Position numbers and translations under genes: made by a program. Under the pieces are notes generated by a model. That model saw nothing but the letters and a program-made list of their open reading frames with translations, did no database searches and had not been told where the DNA came from. From positions 809,310-873,309 of the forward strand of contig OZ241891.1 in the NCBI GenBank assembly GCA_965203425.1: a stretch of 64,000 nucleotides of DNA. Reading direction: 5' to 3'. Positions 42,876 to 53,591 of the stretch are shown here, one piece after another. How positions within the stretch are numbered: position 1 is the stretch's first letter; each line of letters starts with the position of its first letter. This DNA is from Limisphaerales bacterium. Lineage in GTDB: Bacteria > Verrucomicrobiota > Verrucomicrobiia > Limisphaerales > AAA164-E04.

Positions 42876-43567
42876 AAATACCCCTCCATATTCCCCAATC
42901 CCTTCCTCCTCATCTGCCTACCTAAACATTTCCACAACCCCAACACGCCCTAACTCTGCTTCTCTCTAAAACCACCAATCCTGAAAAGGCCACCGCCTGA
43001 ATCATTACAAAACATTCTAATACCATTAAGAGAATTAACCTTCCACTTGCTTGACTTCCGCCTCTCATAACAACAAACAAACTCGAACGCAGATTTGCGT
43101 TCATAACCTAGTTTCAGGTGACGAACCTAAATCTCGCCTAGCAACAAAGCGTTTTGTCCAAATGGGAAAGTTAGACGCCCTCTCTCACTTGTTGGAGTCC
43201 TTTGTGAACCAGACTCTTGGAAAGATGCAACGCTGGCAAGATTGAAAAAAACCTGACAACAAGGAAAGCCAGTTTAGACGCCGACCAGCATCAATAACAA
43301 TGCTCCCTGACTGGAAGGGACCGAAACAACTGCGGATCTCAAAACTCCCTTATTCCCTACTTCCTTAGCGCCGTTGGGGGGAGGTTGTTGTTGTTATTGA
43401 AGTCAAGGCGCAAGGCCGGATATTCCTGCCGCTAGCCGAACTCTCATGCCTCTCCCGCATGCCCATCCTTGTCTATATCGACCTTCCAAGTCTCCTAGAT
43501 TGCCCTTCCCAATAACCCAACCCGCTTGCCAAAACCCCCCTGGCCTAGCCGGACGCGCAGCAGCTTG

Positions 43568-43580
43568 CCCCCCCCCCCCC
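43568..43580 (+). repeat. Poly-C (13) homopolymer, intergenic
   Basis: Counted directly. Confidence 0.9.
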
Positions 43581-43656
43581 GCTGCTACGACGTACCATCA
43601 ATAATGAGAATTTTCATTTTGGTTGGCATTCCATCGCGACGCTGCTCGAAAAAAAC

Positions 43657-44217
43657 TTGCTTCCCCGCATCAGTCTGACCGGAGGGGCATCAACAAGCAG
43701 CGAGCAACTGGCCGATCTGATCGCCGATCCAACGCGCATTGCCCGCAATCTGACCGCTAATCTTTCCCAACCCATTTTCCAAGGCGGACGACTCCAAGCC
43801 CAAGCCCGACAAGCAAAAATCCGCAATCAAATCCAAGTGGAATCCTTTGTCGCCACCGCCCTGCAAGCTTTCCGAGAAGTGGAATCAGCCCTTGCCAGAG
43901 ACCGCTCGCTAGCCGCGCAAGAAGCCTTTCTAAAAGTGGAACTAGAGCAGGCCGACCTTGCCGAAACCCAAGCCAACCGCGAGTTTTCAGAAGGCCTCGT
44001 AACCATCATCCAAGTCCTCGAAGCTCAGCGCCGCGCCGTCAACGCCCGCAACGCCATGATCTCCCTCAAAAACCAGCGACTGCAAAACCGCATCAACCTC
44101 CACCTCGCGCTCGGCGGCGACTTCACCACCTCAATCCCCAACCCCAACCAAGAAACCAAACGCCTCGACAAGCCGAGAAATAATCAAAAAGCCGCCGATA
44201 TTGACGGCTCAATTTAG
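43657..44217 (+). pseudogene. C-terminal fragment of a TolC/NodT-family outer-membrane efflux protein
   Basis: LPRISLTG, QPIFQGGRL, AFREVESAL, VLEAQR, NLHLALGG; N-terminal half and signal missing. Confidence 0.8.
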
Positions 44218-44657
44218 CCAGAGAATTCTGCTTTTCGCCATTTCTCTAAATTCGAGAAATAATGAACAAAGGAAGCGCCCAGAAAAGCAGTTATTACCGG
44301 GATTACGGCCAACGCAGTTATCCAAAGAGCCCAGTTTCTAATACTTTCCAAACGAACTACCCGAACATTGAGTCTGTCTTTTCCATTCCCTCGAATATCA
44401 TCGTCGATTTTTTTCAAACCCCCTTCTATCTTATCCAATCCAGTTTCAATCCTATCGAACCGTCCGTCCACTTGATTAAACCGCTCGTCAATCCGCTGAA
44501 ACTCCCCGGCAATGAACACCTTCAATTCTCCAAGGGTCGTTTCTTTCTGCGGTTGGAGCAATTTGGCGGCGGCGATGTAATTCACATGGACGCAGATTAA
44601 AACGACTCCGATCCACGCGAATGGTGTTGTCCAGTTCATTTTCTCGCCCTCCCTCAA
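44214..44657 (-). CDS. Small coiled-coil + TM protein, paralog of 44722..44967
   Basis: ELKVFIAGEF...GNGK...RLE...NW + TM + HYFS.LEK shared with neighbour. Confidence 0.7.
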   Translation of the reverse strand: MREGEKMNWTTPFAWIGVVLICVHVNYIAAAKLLQPQKETTLGELKVFIAGEFQRIDERFNQVDGRFDRIETGLDKIEGGLKKIDDDIRGNGKDRLNVRVVRLESIRNWALWITALAVIPVITAFLGASFVHYFSNLEKWRKAEFSG

Positions 44658-44721
44658 TTTGCGTCATCGCCAAGGATGCCGCCGTTGGTGGTTTCTTCTT
44701 CTCTGCAGCGTCTGACTCTCG

Positions 44722-44967
44722 TTATTTTTCTAACAACGAAAAATAATGAGCAAAGAAACCACCGAGCAAAGCGGTTATCACTATGGACGCCACTATCAAA
44801 ACCCAGTTCTTTAACTTTTCCAAACGATCAATTCGAACTTCCATGCTTGCCTTCCCATTGCCTTGGAGAATCTTGTTTATCTCCTTCAAGTCCTTGTGAA
44901 TCTTGGAAAACTCGCCGGCGATGAAAATCTTCAGTTCGTTAATGGTTTTTATCTCTGGATCTTTCAT
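44722..44967 (-). CDS. Small coiled-coil + TM protein
   Basis: ELKIFIAGEF...GNGK...RLEKLKNW + TM + HYFSLLEK. Confidence 0.75.
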   Translation of the reverse strand: MKDPEIKTINELKIFIAGEFSKIHKDLKEINKILQGNGKASMEVRIDRLEKLKNWVLIVASIVITALLGGFFAHYFSLLEK

Positions 44968-44985
44968 CTCTACTTTTTACGGCGA

Positions 44986-46269
44986 TTACTCTAGTCCACC
45001 GGGAACGGTGGGACTGTTGGGTGTTGCATCATCACCAAGGCCACCGCTAGTGGTTTCTTCCTCACTGCCGGAACTGGGCGGAGGCGTTGGCGAGGTTTCT
45101 TCGCCGGCATCGGTGTTGGTCACCGGAGCGGGAAGAGGCGAGGTTTCTTCCAACAGCAATCCACCGGGATTTTGCGCGGGAGAAGCGGCGGCTTCATTGA
45201 CGCTGGCCCGCCAAAGCGCAAACTTAGCATCATCCAACGCAATGCGCCCTGCCTCTGTCGAAGACCACAATTCTATGTCAATCCAACGGTCCAATTCTTC
45301 TTCAGTCAAGGTGGATACCCGAACTTCTATCATTTCCTGTCCAGCCTTCCATATTTTGAACTCTTGAGATTGTCTGTCCCATATCGCTTGCTCCCGCCGG
45401 TCTGCATTGTTTCTTGCGTCCGTCCATATTTTTAGCAAGGCGCCGTTGTTTAGCGTCTCGTCCTGTTTGTTGACTTCGTCTTCCGGCAGAATGCCCAGAT
45501 GAACCCAAAGCGGTCGGAAGACTTCTAACACCGACTGTTGCTGCGCCAAACGTAGTTCTGACTCCATCCTGAGGTATTTGTAGTTCACGTCGTTTGGATT
45601 CTCCTTTTCCCGCTCCGCATCCCATCTCACGTGTTCTTTCCATTCAGCAATGTTGTTGGTTTGGTATTGATAGGCTTCCAACTCGCGATCCAGAATCTGT
45701 TTCATATCCGCTTCTTCCTGTTGCTGTTGAGTTGGCGTTCCATTTCTCATGCGCTCTATGGCTTTGTCTTCCGCCTCTTTGAAGATCATCATCTGGATGA
45801 AGAAGTTGTTGGTGTCGATGTTCTCATAGTCCACTCCCAAAGTTTCCTCCACGGCCGTGCGAGTACTTTCTGCGCTTTGCGCTATTGCTTCATCCAAATG
45901 TTCATCCCAAAGTTTCGGATTCGATTGAATGAGTTTGACGTACTCGTTTTCCTCCTTGTCCAGTTCTTCGGCTGAGTGGCCGGTCAAAGCCAGAAAGACC
46001 AAAAACTCCTCATCTGACATGAAGTCGATCAATTGAGCGAGGATGGAACGCGGCGGCGCGTTTTCGTCCGCCGTGGTTTCCGTCGCGGTTTCTTCGTTCA
46101 GCAAGCCGCCGAGTGAATCGTCCGCATTTTGTGTTGGCGGTCCGGTCTCCTGCGCGGCCAGAACAGTGGTGACCCGCTAATGCGCAGGCCAGTGGTGTAA
46201 TACAAACAGAGCCAGCATAAATGCCAGCGCAATTCCGCCCCAAAAAATATTGTCAAGTAAAGTTTTCAT
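44986..46269 (-). pseudogene. Acidic helical protein with N-terminal TM, interrupted by in-frame TAG
   Basis: ATG 46269 MKTLLDNIFWGGIALAFMLALFVLHHWPAH* (TAG 46177-46179) is in frame with ORF 44986..46104. Confidence 0.75.
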
Positions 46270-46307
46270 TGTCTTAGTTTCGTAAAAGTGTCGTTCTTAG
46301 TGCGTCG

Positions 46308-46535
46308 TTACTTAGTGCTTGTTTTGTTATCGTTGTTCGTCTGTTTCTTTGATTCTAGTTTCTTGTTCAATTTGCTCAATTGAGAACTAATAATCATCAG
46401 CATGATGAATATTACGCTTAACTGCCAAATCATCCAAGTTAACTTCCAACCCAAATGTCCTATTTGAATTCGAGTTAGATTTGCATCCAGAATTAGACTT
46501 TGTTGCAAATCAGAAATGTAGTCCCCAATTTCCAT
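46308..46535 (-). CDS. Small single-TM hypothetical protein
   Basis: 75-aa ORF tightly packed between cassette genes; one hydrophobic helix and a basic tail. Confidence 0.55.
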   Translation of the reverse strand: MEIGDYISDLQQSLILDANLTRIQIGHLGWKLTWMIWQLSVIFIMLMIISSQLSKLNKKLESKKQTNNDNKTSTK

Positions 46536-46537
46536 GG

Positions 46538-47376
46538 TTAGTCAATTGTTGCGCAGTTTCCGTCTTGGTTTTCGTCTTCTTGGTCTTCAAAAAATTCCAC
46601 GCATCGGTCGTATTGTCTTTTCCAATGGCTGTAGTGTCTGTAATATTTTGCTTTCAGCCGATTTGCTTCGGCTGATAATGCCTTGACATTCGCTGATTTT
46701 TTGCATTGGCTAAATGTAGTCTCCGCTATTGCGTCTTGGATATCTTTGACATCATTGGCCGCTTCTATGACCCTCGCTAGATCGTTGTTCGCCAAAGTTC
46801 GGCAGGCGACAAAGGGGAACCAAGAGCCACGCCGCCGCCGGCAATGCCGCTGATTAATCGACCTGCGGCCACGGCGCCGCCTTTTACCCAGCGAACAACT
46901 GTGCGAGTGCCTACAATGGTCACCCCTGTTGCCGGACCGCCGCCAAAGCCTAGACACCCCCAAAAGTTACTTTCGGCAGCGACGTCTGCTTGGATTATGG
47001 CGAGTTGAAGGTTGGCTTCATTCAGCTGCAGACTCAAATTCCGATTCGTCGCACACAATCCCCAAGCAGCGTCTGCAGCTCTCTGGGCATCTAGGTACTT
47101 CCCCCACTCCAATTCTCTCTTCTTGTTCCAAATTTCGTAGCAATCGGCTTCGCTGCGGGCGTTGTCATAGTCTCCCAGCCCGGTAGGATGATCGGTTGGC
47201 GTCGGAGTGGAGACGCTGTTGGTGGGGCTGTTGTTGGTTGGCGAGTTGCTTTGCGCGGCCAGGTGCGGCAGCAACGGCGCGAACAAGAGGCCGGTGAAGA
47301 GCAAGCCGTAAATCACGGCTACGCCAGCGGTTGCGGCGATTTCCTTCGGTTTCAAGGCTCCGGGCGCGAAGCGCAA
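46538..47376 (-). pseudogene. Frameshifted exported Cys-containing helical-hairpin protein with Gly-rich hydrophobic tip
   Basis: ORF 46777..47376 joins ORF 46538..46963 by one frameshift near 46815; CYEIWN...YDRCVE; start uncertain. Confidence 0.7.
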
Positions 47377-47494
47377 GTGCCACGGTGTTTTGGTTGGTTT
47401 GGCCGGTTGGCTGTCGGTGATTGCGAGTCGCCTAGGGATTGCTTCGCATCGGAGGCTGGTTTGTCGGCAGAAGCGGGTGGTGTTCCGGGCGGAG

Positions 47495-47965
47495 ATGGCG
47501 TCGAAGATGCCGGACGATGGCGAGAAGGATGATTTGGATTTGGAGCGGTTGACTGATGAGTCGATTGAGTCGCTTCGGTCGATACAACCGGACGAGGCGA
47601 TGGAACAAGAAGAGAAGGAAGCGGCGGCGCGTCGGTTGGTTCGGTATTTGGAGCAGTCGGAGGATAGCGCAACGAGGTTACTCTATCGTCGCTACATCGA
47701 GGGCGCGTCTTACGAGAAAATGGCGGAGGAAGAGCATACAACCTGCTCCAATATGCGCCGTCGAGTCAGCCGCGCCCTCGCTTCTGTGCGGCAGACTCTC
47801 ATCCATGTGTATCAGGGGGGACGGTTTGGAATATGCGAAGAAGAAATCCAAGAAGTCTCCGTAGAATTTATGGTTTTGCGGCGGTGGGTTAGAAGCCGTT
47901 TAGAAACCAGCGGAGGAATTGGCCGGGATCGGCGAGGCCGAGCCAGAGGCAAAAGGTTAGGTTGA
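47495..47965 (+). pseudogene. ECF sigma factor region-4-like fragment
   Basis: LLYRRYIEGASYEKMAEE....SNMRRRVSRALASVR; no region 2 recognised. Confidence 0.6.
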
Positions 47966-48287
47966 CGGCAAACACGGCAAAGCGAATTCCATAGGCGGCG
48001 AGGTTGGGATATAAGCGCGCTTGATCTAGAAGGATGAGCCAGGCGATTGGCAGCAGGCTCAACGCAATTATGCTGAGGAAGGCGATAACGGAGTGGAATC
48101 CGAAGAGAGCGGAGGCTTTTTGCGCTTCTTCCATTTGCATTCCTTTTGGGGAAGGCCATTCGCCGGTCAAGAGAGCGGCGTGGCCGATTAGGCTGTAAAA
48201 GACGATTGGGACGGCCAATGGCGACAATGCCGCAAGCCAGTGAAGTTGGTCGAACATTGGGAGTTGGAAGAAGCGGATTGGTTTCAC
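47889..48287 (-). CDS. Small membrane protein
   Basis: 132-aa ORF with about 3 hydrophobic segments; ATGA overlap with the upstream gene. Confidence 0.6.
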   Translation of the reverse strand: MKPIRFFQLPMFDQLHWLAALSPLAVPIVFYSLIGHAALLTGEWPSPKGMQMEEAQKASALFGFHSVIAFLSIIALSLLPIAWLILLDQARLYPNLAAYGIRFAVFAVNLTFCLWLGLADPGQFLRWFLNGF

Positions 48288-48790
48288 GGCAACGAGGCGT
48301 TAGCGCGGCGGCGCTGGCGAAAATGGCGCAACATTCCCAAGCAAAGGCCGAGGCCTAGCAGAAGCCAGCTCGTTGGTTCCGGGATTACGGGAACTTCGGC
48401 AGGGTCAACGGGAGAGAGTCCGGCGCGGTCGAATTGTTCTTTTGTTTCCAAGACGACGGCGCCGGAAACGGAAGTGACCAGCTGGTGTTGGCCGGCCATT
48501 TGCACTGCTTTTTCGCGGTCGCCTGTGGAGGCTAATGTTTCGATTTGATCGGCGGCGTAGAGGCGGCGAACGTGATCGGTGACTTTGGGAACTTTGTCAA
48601 GGTCGGGGATGGCGTCCGGAGAAACGGCGCGACGTTGGAAGCGCCACGGACCTGTTTTGGCGCTGAGTTGGTGGAACCAATCGGCCAAGTCGTTTTCCAG
48701 CGAGTTCCAACGAGGAAGGGATTGAACGGCCCCGCCGGCCAGTTGTTCCAGAAGTTGGTGGGGTGTGACGGCAAAGTTGAGAATTCTCAT
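48284..48790 (-). pseudogene. C-terminal fragment of a VIT-type PEP-CTERM protein
   Basis: QLVTSVSGAVVLET, VIPEPTSWLLLGLGL..RQRRR; lacks signal peptide and N-terminal domains. Confidence 0.7.
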
Positions 48791-49073
48791 TTTAATTAGT
48801 ATACGGCTTTGAGTTAATTGTTGTGCAATATCAGAGTTTGCAAGTTTGCAAGGCGCCTAAGATGGCTTCGGCGATTGATTGGGTTCTGCCATGGAGGATG
48901 GAGGCAGGACAGTTGATCGTGGGTTCTGCGATGTGAGGTGGTTTGCGCTTGGGCGGAAGAGAAGAAGGCGGAGGCCAACATTCCGACGGCCAAGAGCGAT
49001 CAAGTTTTTATTTTCAATATATTTGTCTGCGTCTTTTGATTCTTTATTAAAAAATACGAAGCGATTTGTTTAA

Positions 49074-49116
49074 GAGTCAGACGAGTCAGACAGACGAGTC
49101 AGACGAGTCAGACGAG
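49074..49116. repeat. 9-bp tandem repeat (GAGTCAGAC)x4 with a 4-bp interruption
   Basis: gagtcagac gagtcagac agac gagtcagac gagtcagac gag. Confidence 0.9.
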
Positions 49117-49175
49117 CGTTCTGGCAAGGGAAAAGTTTGGGTTGGGATTGTCGTGGTTTTTGCGAGAGAGGAAGG

Positions 49176-52100
49176 ATGAGTTGGGAGTTGGCAATGGCGC
49201 CGTCGCCTGGGGATCGGCGGGTGGCTTTTGTGGGGGATCGCTTGACTTTTAGGTTGCGGGCGAAAGGCGGGGATGTGGGCAAGTGTGGTGCGCGTTTGCG
49301 GACGACGATTGGGGCAGGGGAGGCTTGGGATGAGGAGGTTGTGCGGGCTTTTGAGGCGTCGGCGCCGATTGGCCGGTCGGCTTGGCAGGATTTGCCGATG
49401 GAGCGGATGGCGGAGGGGTTTCGTTTGAGTTTGGTTTTGGCCGAGCCGGGTTTTTATTGGGCGAAGGCTTATTTGATGGATGAGAGGGGGGTTCAGCATT
49501 GGCCGTCGGGCGAGGACTTTGGGGTTTCGGTGCATCCGAGTGATTGTCGCACGGCGAATTTGGTTTATTGCGCTTGGCCGAGGCTTTTTGGGATGTCTAA
49601 GGAGAGCGCGCGGTTTGTGGATGAAAAGGAGGAGGAGCGGTTGCGGGAGTGGGATCGGCGCGGTTATGCGGTGATTCCGCCTTCGGGGACGTTGCGGGAT
49701 TTGAAGCGGGCGCTTGGGCATATTGTGGAAAGGTTGGGTTGTCGGATTGTGCATCTTTTGCCGGTGAATCCCGCGCCGACGACTTTTGCGCGTTTTGGGC
49801 GTTATGGGAGTCCGTATGCGTCTTTGGATTGGGGGGCGATGGATCCGGCTTTGGTGGAGTTTGACCGTCGAACGACGGGGGAGGAGCAGTTTTGCGAGTT
49901 GACGGCGGAGGCGCATCGGTTGGGGGCGCGAGTGTTTCTGGATTTGGGGATTAATCATACTGGTTGGGGGTCGCGTTTGTATGAGGCGCGGCCGCAGTGG
50001 TTTCGTCGGCAGGCGGGCGGCTGTTTTGCCAGTCCGGGGGCTTGGGGAACGGTCTGGAGGGATTTGGTGGAGTTGGAGCATTGCGACCCTGAGTTGGGCA
50101 AGGAGTTGGCGGAGGTTTTTCTTCTTTGGTGTAGGCGGGGGGTGGATGGGTTTCGGTGCGATGCGGGCTATAAGGTGCCTTTGTCTTTGTGGCGGTATAT
50201 CACGGCGCGGGTGCGCAGGGAGTTTCCGTCAACGATTTTTTTGCTGGAGGGTTTGGGCGGCGCTTGGGAAGTGACGGAGCGGTTGCTTTCGGAGGGAGGG
50301 ATGCAGTGGGCGTATTCGGAGCTTTTTCAAAATTATTCGGGGGAACAGGTTTCTCGGTATTTGGATTATTCGCTGCGGCAAAGCGGTCGCTGGGGTTTGT
50401 ATCTGCATTACAGCGAAACTCACGACAATCCTCGGCTGGCGGCTCGGGGAGCGGCTTGGTCGTTGTTGCGCAATCGTTTGTGCGGGTTGACCAGCGTCAG
50501 TGGAGGGTTTGGTTTTACATGCGGGGTTGAGTGGCTGGCGGCGGAGAAGATTATCGTGCATCAGCGCACGGGATTGAATTGGGGAAGCCAAGAGAACATT
50601 GTCGAGGAGTTGGCCCGGCTCAATCGGCTTTTGGCGGGGCATCCTTGCTTTTTTGACGGGGCGGTTGTGGAGCGTTTGAGCGGTTCCGATTCGGTTGTGC
50701 TGGCTTTGCGGCGGGTGTCTAGGGAGGGGAAGGATTGTGTTTTGGTATTGGTGAACACGGATGTTCGGCGAGCTGCGGGGTTGTTTTTGAGTGCGTTGGA
50801 TTGGGAATCTGTTGGCCAGCCTCGGTTGGATTTGTTGGGGCAGGATTTGCCGCGGGTGGAAGGGCAGTCGGATGGTTCTGTGGAGATTGGGTTGGGGCCG
50901 GGCGCGGCTTATTGTTTGGGTTCGTCGCCGAAGCCGATGGGTTTGTCGGGGACGCGCTATCGCCGGCGGCAAGCGGTCAAGGCGTGGATGGTGGAGGCGA
51001 TTCAAGCGGTGAGGCCGGAAGGATTGCTGGGGGATTTTGACGTGGATGGATTGGCTGAGTTGGCGTCGCGGCAACCTCTTGAGTTTTTGGCGGCTGTGAG
51101 GTCTTTGCCGTCTGGTTCTGCGGTTTCTTGGTGGGATTTGGCGGTAGAGTGCGGAGAATTTCCAAAGGCTTTTCCGGCGGTAGTTTTGTGGGAATTGGGG
51201 GAGGATCGGCGGGTTGTGCAGGCGCCTCCTAATCATTGGCTGGTGTTTCGGGATCGGGAGGCGTTTGAAGTGCGGTTGCGTTGGCCGGGCAAGGAGGTTT
51301 TTCGTGGCGTTGTTTCGACGGAGTTGTCGGGCGGGGTTCATTTGGCGTGTGTGGATGCGGATCGGCAAAGGCCGGGGCGGGCGGTTGTTGAGTTTCGGCG
51401 GCGGGGTAGACCTGCCGGTGTTGTGAGGGGAGAGGTGTTGTTTTTATCCGCTGATTCTGCGGAGGAGACGAGGAAACTCTTCAACGGCGAGGTTGAGAAT
51501 TTGGAGGCGCCGATGGTTTTGTTGACGAACGGTCGTGGCGGCATGGCGCGTTTGGCGGTTGATTTTGGGCGGGTCAAGTCGAAGTATGATTGTCTTTTGG
51601 GGGCGAATTTGGATGGTGGAGTGCCGACGGATCGGCATATTTTGGCTAAGCGGGCGCGGCTTTGGGTGAATGCGGATGGGATGCTTTCCCCGTTGGGCAG
51701 GAGGAATTTGGTTTCGTTTTCTTCCGGTCCGCCGGCGAGGTGGCGGTATCTGGTTTGCGCGGGAAAGGGTCGTTGGGTTCGGCTGGAAGTGATGGCGGAA
51801 ATGATGGATGGTTCCAATACGACGGTGATTCGATGCAGGCGGACGAAGGGGCTGCGTCTTTCATTTCGAGATGTGGAGCGCGTGTATGGTCGGTGCGCTG
51901 TTCGCGCGAAGTCTTTGCCTGCGGATTTTGTTGATTCGATTCCGCTTTCGATGACGATTCGGGTTGATGTGGAGGATCGGAATTTTCATGGGGAAACACA
52001 GAGAAACGAAGATAGCGAGCGGCATTTTGCGCGGCACATTCGTCTGTTGGAGGGGGAAGCGGGTTTTGCATTTCGGCCGGCGGGGTCGCGGTGTTTGCAG

Positions 52101-53591
52101 GTTCTTTGCGATAGGGGGATTTTTCATCCCGAGCCAGAGTGGTGCGTTGGCTTGTCGCATCTGGTGGAGGCTAGTCGTGGTCAAGTTGGTCAAGGCGATG
52201 CGTATAGTCCGGGCTGGTTTGAAGTGCCGATTGGCGCTGGCGAGGCAGCGCATTTAGTTGTGTCTGCCGAGTTGGCTGTTTCTATGGCGGAGGTTTCTCG
52301 GTGTTTTGAACGGCGGAGGCGGCGGGCAAAAGGCCTCTTGCGGCAGGCTGGGATTCATCCGAAAGATCGGTTTGGCGGGAGGTTGGTTCGAGCGGCGGAC
52401 GCATTTTTGGCAAGGCGCGGAAAGGGATGGACAGTGATTGCGGGGTATCCTTGGTTTTTGGATTGGGGGCGGGATGCCTTGATCTGCGCGCGAGGATTGC
52501 TGGCTTGCGGTTACGAAAAAGAGGTGGTTCAACTGCTCCAAGTGTTTGGCCGTTTTGAGGAGTCCGGCACATTGCCTAACAGTCTGCACGGAGAAGACGC
52601 TTCCAATCGGGATACTTCTGACGCGCCGCTATGGTATGGAATGGTCTGCGCGGATTTGGTGGCTTTGCGCGGGGTCTCGTTTCTCGAAACGATTGTCGAC
52701 GGCGCTGCGGCAAAGAAGGCAAAGCCGCGCGCCATCGGGGAAACTTTGCAGCGAATCGCCCTCGGCTATTTGGCCGGAACGCCTAACGGCATTCGAGTGG
52801 ACGCCGATTCGGGTTTGGTTTGGAGTCCTTCGCACTTTACTTGGATGGACACCAATCATCCGCCCGGAACGCCGCGGGAAGGCTACCCAATTGAAATTCA
52901 AGTGTTGTGGATTATGTTGCTCCGCTTGCTCCAAAAAACAGGCGCGCCTTTTGAATCAGAATCGTGGGAAACTTTGGCGGCGCGGGCTTTGGCTTCCTTG
53001 GAAACATTCTACTGGTTGGAAGAAGCGGGATATTACGCCGATTTGATCGTCGCCAAGCCCGGCGTTGGCGCGGCCGAAGGCGTTTTGGACGAGGCTTTGC
53101 GAAGCAACTTTCTTCTGGCGATCAGCGCCGGCCTCGCACGCGGAAGACGAGCGCAACGGGCCGTCCAAGCGGCGATGCGTCATTTGGCGGTTCCTGGCGC
53201 CGTTCGCTCCTTAGCGCCCTTGCCAACCAGCCTTCCCCTGCCGGTGCGCAACGTCGCCGGGCAACTGATCAACGATCCTTGCCGTCCCTATTGGGGACGC
53301 TACGAAGGCGACGAAGACACTCGCCGCAAACCAGCCTATCACAACGGTACCGCGTGGACTTGGACTTTGGGAATCCTCTGCGAAGCATTGATGCGCGCTT
53401 GGGAGTTTTCGCCGCAGTCCAAAGCCGCCGCCCGCGCCTATCTGATAGCGTCCTGCGGCCTGATGCAAACCGGTTGCATCGGCCAAATCCCGGAAATCAT
53501 AGACGGCGACGCGCCGCATACACAGCGCGGTTGCGACGCGCAAGCATGGGGAGTGACCGAAACAATTCGAGTGTGGAAAATGTTAGAATGA
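49176..53591 (+). CDS. Glycogen debranching enzyme (alpha-amylase + amylo-alpha-1,6-glucosidase domains)
   Basis: GRYGSPYA, INHTGW, DGFRCDAG, ETHDN, IAGYPWFLDWGRD, FTWMDT, YHNGTAW, RGCDAQAW; ORF track start 49137. Confidence 0.93.
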   Translation: MSWELAMAPSPGDRRVAFVGDRLTFRLRAKGGDVGKCGARLRTTIGAGEAWDEEVVRAFEASAPIGRSAWQDLPMERMAEGFRLSLVLAEPGFYWAKAYLMDERGVQHWPSGEDFGVSVHPSDCRTANLVYCAWPRLFGMSKESARFVDEKEEERLREWDRRGYAVIPPSGTLRDLKRALGHIVERLGCRIVHLLPVNPAPTTFARFGRYGSPYASLDWGAMDPALVEFDRRTTGEEQFCELTAEAHRLGARVFLDLGINHTGWGSRLYEARPQWFRRQAGGCFASPGAWGTVWRDLVELEHCDPELGKELAEVFLLWCRRGVDGFRCDAGYKVPLSLWRYITARVRREFPSTIFLLEGLGGAWEVTERLLSEGGMQWAYSELFQNYSGEQVSRYLDYSLRQSGRWGLYLHYSETHDNPRLAARGAAWSLLRNRLCGLTSVSGGFGFTCGVEWLAAEKIIVHQRTGLNWGSQENIVEELARLNRLLAGHPCFFDGAVVERLSGSDSVVLALRRVSREGKDCVLVLVNTDVRRAAGLFLSALDWESVGQPRLDLLGQDLPRVEGQSDGSVEIGLGPGAAYCLGSSPKPMGLSGTRYRRRQAVKAWMVEAIQAVRPEGLLGDFDVDGLAELASRQPLEFLAAVRSLPSGSAVSWWDLAVECGEFPKAFPAVVLWELGEDRRVVQAPPNHWLVFRDREAFEVRLRWPGKEVFRGVVSTELSGGVHLACVDADRQRPGRAVVEFRRRGRPAGVVRGEVLFLSADSAEETRKLFNGEVENLEAPMVLLTNGRGGMARLAVDFGRVKSKYDCLLGANLDGGVPTDRHILAKRARLWVNADGMLSPLGRRNLVSFSSGPPARWRYLVCAGKGRWVRLEVMAEMMDGSNTTVIRCRRTKGLRLSFRDVERVYGRCAVRAKSLPADFVDSIPLSMTIRVDVEDRNFHGETQRNEDSERHFARHIRLLEGEAGFAFRPAGSRCLQVLCDRGIFHPEPEWCVGLSHLVEASRGQVGQGDAYSPGWFEVPIGAGEAAHLVVSAELAVSMAEVSRCFERRRRRAKGLLRQAGIHPKDRFGGRLVRAADAFLARRGKGWTVIAGYPWFLDWGRDALICARGLLACGYEKEVVQLLQVFGRFEESGTLPNSLHGEDASNRDTSDAPLWYGMVCADLVALRGVSFLETIVDGAAAKKAKPRAIGETLQRIALGYLAGTPNGIRVDADSGLVWSPSHFTWMDTNHPPGTPREGYPIEIQVLWIMLLRLLQKTGAPFESESWETLAARALASLETFYWLEEAGYYADLIVAKPGVGAAEGVLDEALRSNFLLAISAGLARGRRAQRAVQAAMRHLAVPGAVRSLAPLPTSLPLPVRNVAGQLINDPCRPYWGRYEGDEDTRRKPAYHNGTAWTWTLGILCEALMRAWEFSPQSKAAARAYLIASCGLMQTGCIGQIPEIIDGDAPHTQRGCDAQAWGVTETIRVWKMLE

